Positions 48,710 to 58,439 of a stretch of DNA of 64,000 nucleotides are shown piece after piece (position 1 is the stretch's first letter; each line of letters starts with the position of its first letter). Location of the stretch: the IMG/VR virus record IMGVR_UViG_3300029928_000270. The stretch is one strand, 5' to 3'. The stretch is from an uncultured virus (IMG/VR IMGVR_UViG_3300029928_000270). Taxonomy: Duplodnaviria; Heunggongvirae; Uroviricota; Caudoviricetes. The position numbers and the translations under genes are program-made. The notes below the pieces were generated by a model, which was not told where the DNA came from, ran no database searches, and saw only the letters and a list, made by a program, of their open reading frames with translations.

Positions 48710-49480
48710 ATGGCTATGTTTCTGTTAGAACAGTCTACAAATAGTTTATGTTCTGGAATGGACATTGAGATGTCTTTGGCTGGGGACTTAATCCGAAGAA
48801 ATAAGCACATACATGAGTTCAAAAGAACTTGGAGTTATGAATTTGGTGTTGGAGACCCTAATGATTTGAAGGGTTGTATTCCAATAGGCACAATAGACTT
48901 TGTAACAGACTTCATGAGAGTGTTTAAGAAGGATTTTAAGCAAAATCCCATTGAGATACCTGCATATTTGAGAACAGATGAATTCCTCAAGCGTGATTAT
49001 CATATCGGAGATATAAGAGATGTACCGTCTTCGGGTATTTGGTTTGTAAAGGACGTTTCAACCTTAAAGCATTTCTCAAAGGTATGCAACTTAAATTATG
49101 AGTTCAATGATTTGCTTGAGTTAGGGAGAGATGCAAATTACCTTGTCAGTTCTGTTGTAGATATACTGTCCGAATGGAGAGTATATGTTCTTGACGGTGA
49201 GATAGCCAATATTTGTAATTATAATGGGGATTGCACTTTATTTCCAGACATGAGTTTGGTAAAGAAGGCTGTAAGTCTTATAGAATTAAACGAGAAGTGG
49301 CTTAAAAGCTATACTATTGATGTAATGGTAACAAAGAAAGGTACTGCTCTTATAGAGATACATAACTTTACATCAGTTGGCTTGTATTCCACTTTGTGGG
49401 GGCAGAATTTGTTATGGGGGTATATAGATGGAATTCGGTATTTGCAGGAGGATAATCATAAGTTAGCATTAAAACCCTAA
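48710..49480 (+). CDS. ATP-grasp domain protein (DUF4343/R2K-like)
   Basis: PIGTIDFV, PIEIP..L, WFVK, SEWRVYV, YTIDV, LIEIH...GLY. Confidence 0.75.
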   Translation: MAMFLLEQSTNSLCSGMDIEMSLAGDLIRRNKHIHEFKRTWSYEFGVGDPNDLKGCIPIGTIDFVTDFMRVFKKDFKQNPIEIPAYLRTDEFLKRDYHIGDIRDVPSSGIWFVKDVSTLKHFSKVCNLNYEFNDLLELGRDANYLVSSVVDILSEWRVYVLDGEIANICNYNGDCTLFPDMSLVKKAVSLIELNEKWLKSYTIDVMVTKKGTALIEIHNFTSVGLYSTLWGQNLLWGYIDGIRYLQEDNHKLALKP

Positions 49481-49558
49481 GTTATTTCTACAAAAGCGAA
49501 GTTCGTTAGGATTTGTTATGCTAACTTTTGAAATAAAGTGATATTGGAGGAAGTTAGC

Positions 49559-49843
49559 TTGAAAAATTATTTATATGCGTGTTCCTTAGAGGGAAGTGGC
49601 AAGCAGATTGCACCTTTTTATTATGAGTTAAAGAGTGCAGATGAGGAGAAAAAGGTTTTAAGATGTATCTCCTTAGTAAAAGATATCAAGTTCGGGGTAT
49701 TCAATCAGGTACCTGCTGATGGAGATTACGAAGAAGTTTTCAGCGTAGCAGATTTCGTTCAGAGGGTTGCTGATAACACCGAAGTTGGGTATTGCATAAG
49801 GGGGACGTTACTGTCGTTTGCGGTAGCTTTAAGAAATAGTTAA
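49559..49843 (+). CDS. Hypothetical protein
   Basis: GGAGG RBS before TTG 49559. Confidence 0.55.
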   Translation: MKNYLYACSLEGSGKQIAPFYYELKSADEEKKVLRCISLVKDIKFGVFNQVPADGDYEEVFSVADFVQRVADNTEVGYCIRGTLLSFAVALRNS

Positions 49844-49863
49844 TCAGTTTGGAGGCATAAGAA

Positions 49864-50172
49864 GTGAGTAGTGTTGGAAGTAGGGGAGATAATGTAGTTC
49901 ATAAGGGTTTTGATGCTTCAAGACGTCATGGTGGAGTATATAAGACGTTTGGTGAGCCTTTTAAGTTTTCAATGATATATGCAGTTGACAGTTTTGGTGA
50001 AGTGACGATAACTTTTGTACGTAAGAGAGGTCTGTTCAAAGATGAGTTAGTGATTTCTTTGGATGGGGATTTACAACGTATAAGAGGTTTTAGTGACAGG
50101 GAAATTGGGTATTTGATGACGGTTTTAGACGCAGAAAAGCCTTATATAGAGGAGATGCTCAAAACAAGTTAA
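49864..50172 (+). CDS. Hypothetical protein
   Basis: GGAGG RBS, GTG start. Confidence 0.6.
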   Translation: MSSVGSRGDNVVHKGFDASRRHGGVYKTFGEPFKFSMIYAVDSFGEVTITFVRKRGLFKDELVISLDGDLQRIRGFSDREIGYLMTVLDAEKPYIEEMLKTS

Positions 50173-50205
50173 GTAATGGTAGTAGTGGCATGCGGAGGGT
50201 AGTTT

Positions 50206-50967
50206 ATGTTTAAGTTCTCAATCAGAAAAAGCAGAGGTTTGTTAACACCTATTGAGGTTCATCATTTAAGACAGTATTTGTATTTGATGGGTGCAGTTTC
50301 AGGAAGTAAATCATATGGGTATGGAAATGTGACAACTGATGACATATGCGCAGATGTTTTAGCAGAGTTGGTAAGTCAGTCATGTAACGTTGTAGATAAG
50401 GTTACTGATAAGGGAGTAGTGAAGAGAATATGCGCAGACTATTCCGAAGCATCATTACTGAATGGAAAAGGTAGTGAAGATGCATCTTGGTATGTCTTGG
50501 GTTGCATTAGAATGGCTAAGTTAATGGCATTTCATTGCAATTTACCTTTGAGTGTATCTTTGATAAAGCAGTTACTTGTAAGCTGTGGGAGTGTATTCGA
50601 TGAGTCTGTTTTTGATAGTCACAGTTCTGCTATTCAGTCTGTTTTAGACTGGTATAGGGAGCAGTTACTTAATACGGATAAAAGCAATGAAAGCTTTCTG
50701 AGGATATTAGTGGAGTTTCATTCTCGCTTCAGACATGCTACAGAATGCATATCAACTGCTTGTTTGGACATAAGTCGTATTTTACTGTTCAGGGAGTGCC
50801 TTTCGTTAGGGGTATCTCCGATAATAATTCACATAGATAGTAATTCAGAGTATTTCAGTGATTTAGGGTACGCAAACAATGAAAATTATGATAAGTTAGT
50901 TAAGTTGTTCAAGAAGGAACAGATTGTTACTGCTGAGTACTTAAGAAGTCTTAAGATAGTGTGGTAA
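50206..50967 (+). CDS. Degenerate Fic-like protein (catalytic motif absent)
   Basis: EFHSRF...SRILLFRECL..GVSPIII...LFKKEQ aligns with the C-halves of Fic 55986 and 58417; HPFxDGNGR replaced. Confidence 0.65.
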   Translation: MFKFSIRKSRGLLTPIEVHHLRQYLYLMGAVSGSKSYGYGNVTTDDICADVLAELVSQSCNVVDKVTDKGVVKRICADYSEASLLNGKGSEDASWYVLGCIRMAKLMAFHCNLPLSVSLIKQLLVSCGSVFDESVFDSHSSAIQSVLDWYREQLLNTDKSNESFLRILVEFHSRFRHATECISTACLDISRILLFRECLSLGVSPIIIHIDSNSEYFSDLGYANNENYDKLVKLFKKEQIVTAEYLRSLKIVW

Positions 50968-50988
50968 AGTCGGAGGAGACTGGGTATC

Positions 50989-51735
50989 ATGTTTAAGTTT
51001 TTGTTTGGCAAAGATAAGGATTTGTTTACTATTTTCAGAGTAAGTGAAATGAGAAAGTGGTTAATTTCAGAGGCAAGTGATTGTGCTGATACGGAGGAGT
51101 TTACTGCTACCAGTGATGCTTGTGACCGTCTTTTTTCAGAACTGGTTAAAAATTCCTATGGACTTGATGGTTTTAGTGTAGATGGGTCAAGTATACTTGA
51201 GAGTTGCGATGCATACATTAAGGCTGAGAGGGAATTGTTTAAGGAGTCAAGTTTCAGTGAGGAATTAGTTATGTACCAGTCAATGTATCATCGAATGCTG
51301 AGTACGTTGATATTTCCTTTACATGCTTCAGTTATATGTGATATATTGCTTGCATCTGATAATGACAAGGAAGATTTCTCAAAGGTTAAGAGTAGCATAT
51401 ATTCAATTTTGTGTGATTATGCCATAAAGTTCAATAGACTGAAAAGAGCAGTCTATATAGGCAGACTTAATGAGGAGTTCCTAAAGATATTTGCGGAGTT
51501 ATATCTTGATTTAGCAGACTCCTTAGGGGTATTTAGTTGTTATCGTTGTGCATGTAATGCTATACTGTTCAGAGAGTGCTTGTACTATGACATATCTCCA
51601 ATAATAATTCATTATGAAAATAAGGATGAGTACGATGCAATACTGGCAGATAAGAGTGATGACAGGGTTACTAAGTTAGTTACCCTTTTCAAAAAGGAAC
51701 AGAAAGCTACTGCTAAGTTTTTGAAGAGTCTGTAA
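50989..51735 (+). CDS. Degenerate Fic-like protein, paralogue of 50206
   Basis: ILFRECLYYDISPIIIH...LFKKEQ; no Fic motif. Confidence 0.6.
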   Translation: MFKFLFGKDKDLFTIFRVSEMRKWLISEASDCADTEEFTATSDACDRLFSELVKNSYGLDGFSVDGSSILESCDAYIKAERELFKESSFSEELVMYQSMYHRMLSTLIFPLHASVICDILLASDNDKEDFSKVKSSIYSILCDYAIKFNRLKRAVYIGRLNEEFLKIFAELYLDLADSLGVFSCYRCACNAILFRECLYYDISPIIIHYENKDEYDAILADKSDDRVTKLVTLFKKEQKATAKFLKSL

Positions 51736-52001
51736 GAGGTAGTTTTCGAGGAGTGTTGGGTATTATGTGTTTGAGAAGGGTACGTAAGCGTAAAAGACGG
51801 ATCGGAAGTGTACCTAAGTTTGGTGGAGGTATTTATTCAAGTAGCAATCTTAAGTAGTTGTACTTGACTATACTGGAAGAAAATGGTAAAATCTATTTAA
51901 GATAGTTAAGTAGAAATGATGTTGAGATGTGTGTAAAGCGGTAATAGTACCCCAATTGTTAGGGTATTTATTATAAAATATTATGAAGGAGGGATTTTGC
52001 T

Positions 52002-52421
52002 ATGGCAGAACCTTATAATCAGTACCAAAGTAACTGTAATCCGCAGTGTCCTAATCCCGATGCAGGGAATATATCCTTAGGGGGGGGGGGCAATGTAAGT
52101 AACTCTAATGGAGTTTCTTATGTAGACCAGAGGAACCCAAATGGAATTCCTCAGAACGTTTTCTACGTTAACTCTCAGTCGTTCCCGACAGGTGGACAAC
52201 CTGTATATGTCCAAAAAGAACCTGAGTTTCACTGGATGAGCATACTTGCGTTTGTCTTGTCTATATTGTTTGGAACCTCTTTGATAGGTTTAATCCTTGC
52301 AATAATAGACTTGGTAATCCACAGAGAGTATAAGCATGGCTTATCAATAGCAGCCATAGTCATCTCAGGTGTGTACCTCTTGTGTACATTTAACTTTTGG
52401 TTTTGGATAATATTGTTGTAG
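52002..52421 (+). CDS. DUF4190-like membrane protein with Gln/Pro/Asn-rich N-terminus
   Basis: SILAFVLSIL...IGLILAIIDL...GLSIAAIVIS; G11 tract at 52080-52090. Confidence 0.7.
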   Translation: MAEPYNQYQSNCNPQCPNPDAGNISLGGGGNVSNSNGVSYVDQRNPNGIPQNVFYVNSQSFPTGGQPVYVQKEPEFHWMSILAFVLSILFGTSLIGLILAIIDLVIHREYKHGLSIAAIVISGVYLLCTFNFWFWIILL

Positions 52422-52441
52422 TTTGTTGGGAGGAGTTAATT

Positions 52442-53329
52442 ATGAGTAAGAATAGCAGTAATCAGTACCCGTTAAACATTGGGTATAGCCAGGATTTTGA
52501 AGACCAGAGTAGTAGTAACACGAGTCAGTATGACTCCGCACCTAATCAGAGTGTGGTTTATAGTCAGCCACAGTACAGCAGTAATCAGCAGAGCGAACCA
52601 GAAAAGAAGGGTCAGTCAGCTCTTGCAATCACAGGTTTTGTATTGTCACTGATAGGGTGTACGTACATCGCAGGCATCATATTGGGTATTATAGACTTGG
52701 TAAGAACAAAGGGTAAGAAAAATGGCTTAGCTATTGCCGCAGTTGCAATTGGTGGAGCGTGGGTATTACTTAGTTGTATGTTGTTTGTGATTGTATATGC
52801 AGGAAATAAGGCAACTGAGAATAATAAGCATGTTACAAGTTACAATAGTAGTTACTCAGATGCGTCAACTGACAGCGGAAATGTAGAAGTAGAAGAGTCA
52901 GCCGAAGTTATCTCAGATGTGTATCATGTGGGCGATGTGATAAGTATACAGACAGATAGTGGAGAGTATACCATAACTTTCATAAATATTGAGGAAACAT
53001 CAGAAAGAAATATGTTTTCTGATAAAGACCCTGAGCGAGTTATTTTAATTGACTTTAAGGTGGAGAATATCGATTATGAGTACACCTTTGGGGGTTATAA
53101 GAATAATGAGGTGAATGTGTACTCGTCAAACTTTAATGCATTTGATGCAGATGGAGAGGCACTTGATACCTATCCTTTAACTACTAAGTATGCTACATCT
53201 GTAACTCCAGGTCATACTGCTTCGGGGCAGTTAGTCTATGGCTTGGATAATGATACAAACTTAATTGAGTTGGAGTATGCGGATAATCCATTGATGAACG
53301 CAGATGTTACAATAAATCTTGAGTGGTAG
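52442..53329 (+). CDS. DUF4190-like membrane protein with extracellular beta-rich domain
   Basis: LAITGFVLSLI...GIIDL...GLAIAAVAIG; YHVGD...VTPGHTASGQLVY; terminator at ~53345-53378. Confidence 0.7.
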   Translation: MSKNSSNQYPLNIGYSQDFEDQSSSNTSQYDSAPNQSVVYSQPQYSSNQQSEPEKKGQSALAITGFVLSLIGCTYIAGIILGIIDLVRTKGKKNGLAIAAVAIGGAWVLLSCMLFVIVYAGNKATENNKHVTSYNSSYSDASTDSGNVEVEESAEVISDVYHVGDVISIQTDSGEYTITFINIEETSERNMFSDKDPERVILIDFKVENIDYEYTFGGYKNNEVNVYSSNFNAFDADGEALDTYPLTTKYATSVTPGHTASGQLVYGLDNDTNLIELEYADNPLMNADVTINLEW

Positions 53330-53467
53330 TCCTAATTAAATCGTGAGGTACTTACTTTAGTGGTAAGTACCTCTTTTTATTTTGTCATTTCATCTTGTAA
53401 CTATTCAAGAAGTATGTTATAATATCAGTAATAAATGATACGAAGGTGTCAGGATGGGGGTCATCAA

Positions 53468-54637
53468 ATGGATATTTCTAACGAAGAGTTTAACAAGTTT
53501 TTGAGTGATAATAAAGAAAAGATAGACAGGATAACTCCGAAAAATCCGCCCTTAGATGACGAGGATATAGCTGATATTGAGAGTATGAAAGAGGATTTAA
53601 GGGAGTCATTTGAGGAAGTGAGAAAGATGAAGAACGGTTTCTATCCTAAGAAGACTTGGAAGGAGTATATTGCAGATAAAAATATACCATTATTGAAGAG
53701 AGATGCAATGTCAAAGTTGCATGAGTGGTATAATAGAAATATAGCAGGTGAAGTATTATGCGTAAGAGGGTTAAAGCATACAGGTAAGACTACATTAGTG
53801 AAGCAGTTTATAAGTGATGTTTTTGACTCCACCGAGGGTATTTATATGATAAACATGTTAGACCCAAAAATTTCAAAAAGTTATGAAGAGTTTCGAGAGA
53901 GTACAGACATTTTCTTCAAACTCGAGGATTTTATGAGTTATCTAATACCTGAGTTTGATGCGAAAAAGATAAAGTTGATTGTCCTTGACGATGTTCAGGT
54001 AGACTATTCTATAATTCACAGTGCTTCTTGGGATACTAAGTGTAGGGTTATAATTTGTGGAGATATGTTAAATAAAGTAACAGACAGTGATGTAGTAGTT
54101 ACTCCTTTAAGTTTTAAGGAGTTTTGTGCAAACAGTGATGAGGAGGATAAAAGCCTTTCACTTATGGAGTATTTTGCCATAGGTGGCTTTCCAAACGTCG
54201 TTAGATGCCATTTAGATTGTGGTTTGATTGGTGAGGCTTCAAAGGAAATCAAAACCATTGTGCAGGAATGGGTATCGATGCTGACAAAGAGATTTAGATA
54301 TAGCACATTAAAGATAGATATGATTAAGACGCTGTTAGCTGTATTAAAGGTAGCCATTGAGCGAGAGGATTTAGGCGACATGATAGGTCTTTCAGACCGT
54401 TTATTCAATGCCCTATCTTCAGTTGAGTGTAACATGACAAGAGGTAAAGCAAATAGAATTCTCACCGAACTTAAGAGTGCAGGCATTATATACATCAAGA
54501 AGGGGTATATTTACTTTTGTGACCTCGGTGTTATTACTTATTTAGCGGTAAGACTCGCTGATTTAGACTCAAAGAAGTTTCGCATTTTCATAAGAGAAAA
54601 CTTCGATTTCCTGCAGAAGATGTATGAAATTGTCTAA
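53468..54637 (+). CDS. AAA+ ATPase (AAA_14/DUF4143-type), divergent
   Basis: GLKHTGKTT, LIVLDDVQ, PLSFKEF, YFAIGGFP, YFCDLG. Confidence 0.75.
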   Translation: MDISNEEFNKFLSDNKEKIDRITPKNPPLDDEDIADIESMKEDLRESFEEVRKMKNGFYPKKTWKEYIADKNIPLLKRDAMSKLHEWYNRNIAGEVLCVRGLKHTGKTTLVKQFISDVFDSTEGIYMINMLDPKISKSYEEFRESTDIFFKLEDFMSYLIPEFDAKKIKLIVLDDVQVDYSIIHSASWDTKCRVIICGDMLNKVTDSDVVVTPLSFKEFCANSDEEDKSLSLMEYFAIGGFPNVVRCHLDCGLIGEASKEIKTIVQEWVSMLTKRFRYSTLKIDMIKTLLAVLKVAIEREDLGDMIGLSDRLFNALSSVECNMTRGKANRILTELKSAGIIYIKKGYIYFCDLGVITYLAVRLADLDSKKFRIFIRENFDFLQKMYEIV

Positions 54638-54668
54638 GTCATCAAAATTTTAGTAAGGAAGTGTAGTT

Positions 54669-55130
54669 ATGCTTAAGGTACGTTTTGGTTTTAGCGAAGA
54701 TAGTATTTTAGACATAGATTTGTACTTTAATAATGTGTATGAGAATGGGTGGTTTGCAGACCCACTTGTGAAAGAAATGATTAAGAGTGTTGACAATTCA
54801 GACGTAGTTGCTGACGAGTTAATTAAAAGCCCAATCTTAGGGTATATAGCACCCGAAAGGCTATCAGGTGGTGTAAAAGCATTGATTTGCATGTATAAGT
54901 GTGATGAGTTCCCCATTGATTTAATTGTGTGTGGGGAGAACTGTCAAAGATGGATATGCGAGATATCAAAGATAAAAGATGTTGAGGTAACATTATCAGG
55001 GTACGATTTAACCTTTGATGGTTTAGATATTCATGCTATATGCTTAAATGATAATTCCGAGATAAATTCCCCTAAAGACTGGGTATTAAAGATGTGTGAA
55101 TTTGTAGGAGGAACAGCTGATGACAGGTAA
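54669..55130 (+). CDS. DUF4869 family protein
   Basis: YFNNVYE..WF.DPLVKEMIK.VD.S...I.SP.LG.I.P..LSGGVK.LI. Confidence 0.75.
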   Translation: MLKVRFGFSEDSILDIDLYFNNVYENGWFADPLVKEMIKSVDNSDVVADELIKSPILGYIAPERLSGGVKALICMYKCDEFPIDLIVCGENCQRWICEISKIKDVEVTLSGYDLTFDGLDIHAICLNDNSEINSPKDWVLKMCEFVGGTADDR

Positions 55131-55599
55131 GCATACTATTACAGTTCATGGCAAGCGTTTTGACTATGAGTTAGAAATAACGAGAAAGGTAACTGTAATA
55201 AAGGGAAATAGTGGAACGGGAAAGACAATGCTGATAAATGCACTACAGGGGTATGCCACGGACAAGAGGAAGTCAGGGTATGTTGTGTATAGCGACCTAA
55301 ACTTTGGGGTATTAAGTAAAGATTCGAGGTGGAATTTAGACTTAACGGATTCAAGATATGACATACTTTTTGTGGATGAGAATGTGGAGTATATTTATAC
55401 AAAAGCATTTCAAGTGGAGTTTGCAAATTCAGACAAGTATTTGGTAGTCATGTCGAGGAGTGGCAGTTTTGAATATTTGCCTTGTGCAATGGGAAGTGTG
55501 TATAAGTTCAAAACCAAAAAGACTGATAATGGTTTTATAACGAGTATGGTTGAGGTAGAGAGGGGTATCCGTGATAAGAGAGCCAGTTGTAGCTTATAA
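55120..55599 (+). CDS. Small P-loop ATPase following the DUF4869 gene
   Basis: VTVIKGNSGTGKT, ILFVDE, YLVVMSR. Confidence 0.75.
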   Translation: MTGKHTITVHGKRFDYELEITRKVTVIKGNSGTGKTMLINALQGYATDKRKSGYVVYSDLNFGVLSKDSRWNLDLTDSRYDILFVDENVEYIYTKAFQVEFANSDKYLVVMSRSGSFEYLPCAMGSVYKFKTKKTDNGFITSMVEVERGIRDKRASCSL

Positions 55600-55984
55600 G
55601 ATAGATGTTAATTACTGTGGCAGACATATTCTGTTGGAGTTTACCGATAACATGACAGTCGTCAGTGAAAATTCGGGAGTTGGCAAAACAAGGTTATGAG
55701 AGTTGTTACATGATTTAGTTTTGGATTTTACTTACTTAAGTATGCTAAGTTGGAGAAATAAGAACGATGATATTTTGAAGTTATTAAGGTTATCAAGTGG
55801 TAAGCTGTTTGTTATAGATAATGCTGATGTAATATTAGGTACTGAAGAAAGAGGGTATATTGCTTTTGATGGCTCAAATCAGTATCTTTTGTTTGGGAGA
55901 AATCCCTAAAATCTAATGTTAACTTATAATAATTTGAGAGAAATTGTATTGGGTTCTGATTCTGTAAAGTTTGAGGAGGTATAA
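55571..55984 (+). pseudogene. Decayed small P-loop ATPase
   Basis: One frame: ...ENSGVGKTRL*(TGA 55697)ELLH...FVIDNAD...LFGRNP*(TAA 55907)NLML...EEV*. Confidence 0.7.
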
Positions 55985-55985
55985 A

Positions 55986-56723
55986 ATGAATGATATAGGG
56001 TTCAATCAGAATTTATTTCAAGCTTTAATGATAGAGAAAGCAAACAACATCAAGAGTGGTATTTGGGGTTTCACTCAGAGAGAATTTGCGTATAACTCAA
56101 CTTTTCTTCATGCAAGTAGCGGTTTTACCTTTGATAATGTCACCCATTTATTTGATACTGGAACTATTAAGAGTAGTAGAGATTTAAGTGTAAAGGACAT
56201 TCAGGAAGTAATGGGTCACTTTGTTATGTTTGACACCATGTTAGATTTTTTGTATGTGCCTTTAGATTTAGACATGATTAAGTTCACGCACAAAAGCCTT
56301 AAACAGGGTGTTTACGATGACATATCAAAGCATTATGCAATAGGCAATTATAAGACAAAGAAAAACTTTTCATTTCGTGGTATTGAAGTTGCAATGCCAA
56401 ATGAAGTACCTTTGAGAATGGAAAAACTCATGTCAGATTACTGGTACTATGTAAAGACCTTGAGAAGTATCGCAGCTTTTCATGTTGAGTTCGAGAGAAT
56501 ACATCCTTTTCAGGACGGAAATGGTCGTGTAGGTAGGATGATTATGTTCAGGGAGTGTCTTACACACGGTGTAACACCATTTATCATTAGACGTGCAAAT
56601 GCAAAGGAGTATATAGATGATTTAATACTGGCTCAGACTGGTAATATAGAGCCACTTATCGGGTATTTTATGAAAGAGCAGAAGTGGTACGCTAATAAAG
56701 TGAGTGAGATTTTGGTAATGTAG
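55986..56723 (+). CDS. Fic family protein (intact catalytic motif, inhibitory Glu absent)
   Basis: HPFQDGNGRVGR; AYNSTFLHAS where the paralogue has AFNSNKIEGS. Confidence 0.9.
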   Translation: MNDIGFNQNLFQALMIEKANNIKSGIWGFTQREFAYNSTFLHASSGFTFDNVTHLFDTGTIKSSRDLSVKDIQEVMGHFVMFDTMLDFLYVPLDLDMIKFTHKSLKQGVYDDISKHYAIGNYKTKKNFSFRGIEVAMPNEVPLRMEKLMSDYWYYVKTLRSIAAFHVEFERIHPFQDGNGRVGRMIMFRECLTHGVTPFIIRRANAKEYIDDLILAQTGNIEPLIGYFMKEQKWYANKVSEILVM

Positions 56724-56805
56724 GAGAGAATGTTTTTATGGTAAGAATATGGACAGATAAAAGTTTAATCGCCAGCAATTGTGATTATTTTGAGGATTGT
56801 GACTA

Positions 56806-57111
56806 ATGCGAGCAGTATTAAATTTTAACAATTCAGATAAGTCAATTTCTTTGTCATGTCAAGGAAAGACTATAGGTATATCCACTCCAAGTATATTAAC
56901 AAAAGTATTGAAGATAAAGGATTACGAGAACGGGTGGTTTAGTTTAGAAACAAATTATGGTGAGGATTACGTAGACTTTTTAGGTGCAATGCAAACGGAG
57001 GGTTATCCTGCTAATGTGATAAGGAAGTACAAACGGGTATTTGAGTGTTTGCGCAAAAGTGACATAAGGTTATTAAATGTAGGTACAGTTCAGAAATTTC
57101 TTTTAAGATAA
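56806..57111 (+). CDS. Hypothetical protein
   Basis: GAGG RBS; its N-terminus recurs at 58326. Confidence 0.65.
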   Translation: MRAVLNFNNSDKSISLSCQGKTIGISTPSILTKVLKIKDYENGWFSLETNYGEDYVDFLGAMQTEGYPANVIRKYKRVFECLRKSDIRLLNVGTVQKFLLR

Positions 57112-57266
57112 AGAATATTTTTAAGAGAAGGTCTACACATTAAGTTAGTTATATGTTAAGCTATACTTAATAAAAGTATAGGTAAGATTATAATTTAATT
57201 GTAGTCAAGTTTATGTTTTCAAAAGAGAGTAGTAAATAGGATAGAATTTTTCAAGGAGGGTTAATT

Positions 57267-58010
57267 ATGAAAAGAAATGAGTTTAAGGCACTTTTAGCTG
57301 TATCAGTTATTGCCGTTCCGTTGGTATTTTCGACTGGATGTGGTAAGAAGACAGAAGCCCCTGCAGATACTGCGTCTACTGTAGCGGTTACGGAGACCAT
57401 GGTAGCTGAGACCATAGAGGACGGTCTTGCGAATATGGGTATTGAGCTTGAGACTGAGGTTTCCGTTGATGAGACCCTTGACGAGTCAATGGCAGGTACT
57501 TACTATGTCATTTCTGAGGACGGTATTTCAGCGTACAGTGAAGACAGTTCCGAGTCTGAGGTAGCAGATACTTTTCCGTATGACACGGAGTTGACTGTTT
57601 TGGGTATGAGTACAGATACCAATCTGTTCAAGGTATCCAATGCTGACGGCTCATATGTATGGGTATCGAGTGAGGGTTTAGATACGGTGCGTGGTGGTCT
57701 GCAGGAGTCTGTGAGTGAGGAGCCTGCGCCAGAGGAGACCGATACTGCAACCTCAAGCACCACTTCTGACGGTTCAGATTTCACTCTTGAGTCTGTAAGA
57801 GAGCAGGATTGGTACAAGAACTTATCCCCCGAAGCGCAGAAATCAGTTGACGACTGTATCAGAAATGGTGGTAGCAGTGGTGGCAGTATGGTAAATCCGA
57901 ACTGGGATAACGGTCAGTACTCTGGAGGTACTTCGACTGATGTTCCGTGGAGCAATATTACAATGGGCGATGGTGATTATTCAGGAATACCATCTCATAC
58001 TGTAGACTAA
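57267..58010 (+). CDS. Acidic lipoprotein with an SH3b-like domain
   Basis: Lipobox-like FSTGC; YYVISEDGISAYSE.S.ESEV....Y...L.V......FKV.....VWVS. Confidence 0.7.
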   Translation: MKRNEFKALLAVSVIAVPLVFSTGCGKKTEAPADTASTVAVTETMVAETIEDGLANMGIELETEVSVDETLDESMAGTYYVISEDGISAYSEDSSESEVADTFPYDTELTVLGMSTDTNLFKVSNADGSYVWVSSEGLDTVRGGLQESVSEEPAPEETDTATSSTTSDGSDFTLESVREQDWYKNLSPEAQKSVDDCIRNGGSSGGSMVNPNWDNGQYSGGTSTDVPWSNITMGDGDYSGIPSHTVD

Positions 58011-58082
58011 TAATGTAATCTTTGTATATTAAGATTACATTTAGAGATAGAAAATTATCGGAGTTAATTCGTTTAGATATAA

Positions 58083-58178
58083 CGTGGATAACGTTCAGAA
58101 TATTATCCAACTGTAAGTTTAACTTCCGTGGGTAACGGGGTGCCTTAGAGCGTAGAATATTACCCAACTGTAAGTTAA
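58083..58178. repeat. Two-copy imperfect tandem repeat forming covarying hairpins
   Basis: CGTGG[A/G]TAACG-(3 or 16 nt)-AGAATATTA[T/C]CCAACTGTAAGTT. Confidence 0.8.
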
Positions 58179-58189
58179 GTAGTTGAATT

Positions 58190-58226
58190 GAAAGACCTTT
58201 AAGTTTCAAGACTTGAGGGTCTTTTT
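58190..58226 (+). terminator. Intrinsic terminator
   Basis: AAAGACCTTTAAGT-ttcaag-ACTTGAGGGTCTTT followed by TT. Confidence 0.8.
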
Positions 58227-58325
58227 ATCTCTATTATTTTCTGTCAGATAAGTGGTATTTCTTAAGAGGCAGTCTACACATTATTTTAGGTTTATGGTAT
58301 AATAAATGATGAATAAGAGGCTATT

Positions 58326-58439
58326 ATGAAAGCAGTTTTAACTTTTGATAATTCAGATAGGAATGTAATTCTAAGGTCTATGGTAAACTATTTTAATAAA
58401 GATAGGAGGTGTCCTTATGTTCAATCAGAGATTAGTTAA
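58326..58439 (+). pseudogene. Truncated paralogue of 56806
   Basis: MKAVLTFDNSDRNVIL versus MRAVLNFNNSDKSISL, then diverges and stops at 37 aa. Confidence 0.55.

Noticed and set aside
43636..55909. Genome-wide stop-codon reassignment
   Set aside because: The interrupting stops are of three different types (TAG, TGA, TAA), long genes are intact under code 11, gyrB and the stalk end in TAG before terminators, and no suppressor tRNA was seen.
58083..58178. CRISPR array
   Set aside because: Only two units, no spacer-sized unique sequence between them and no cas genes.
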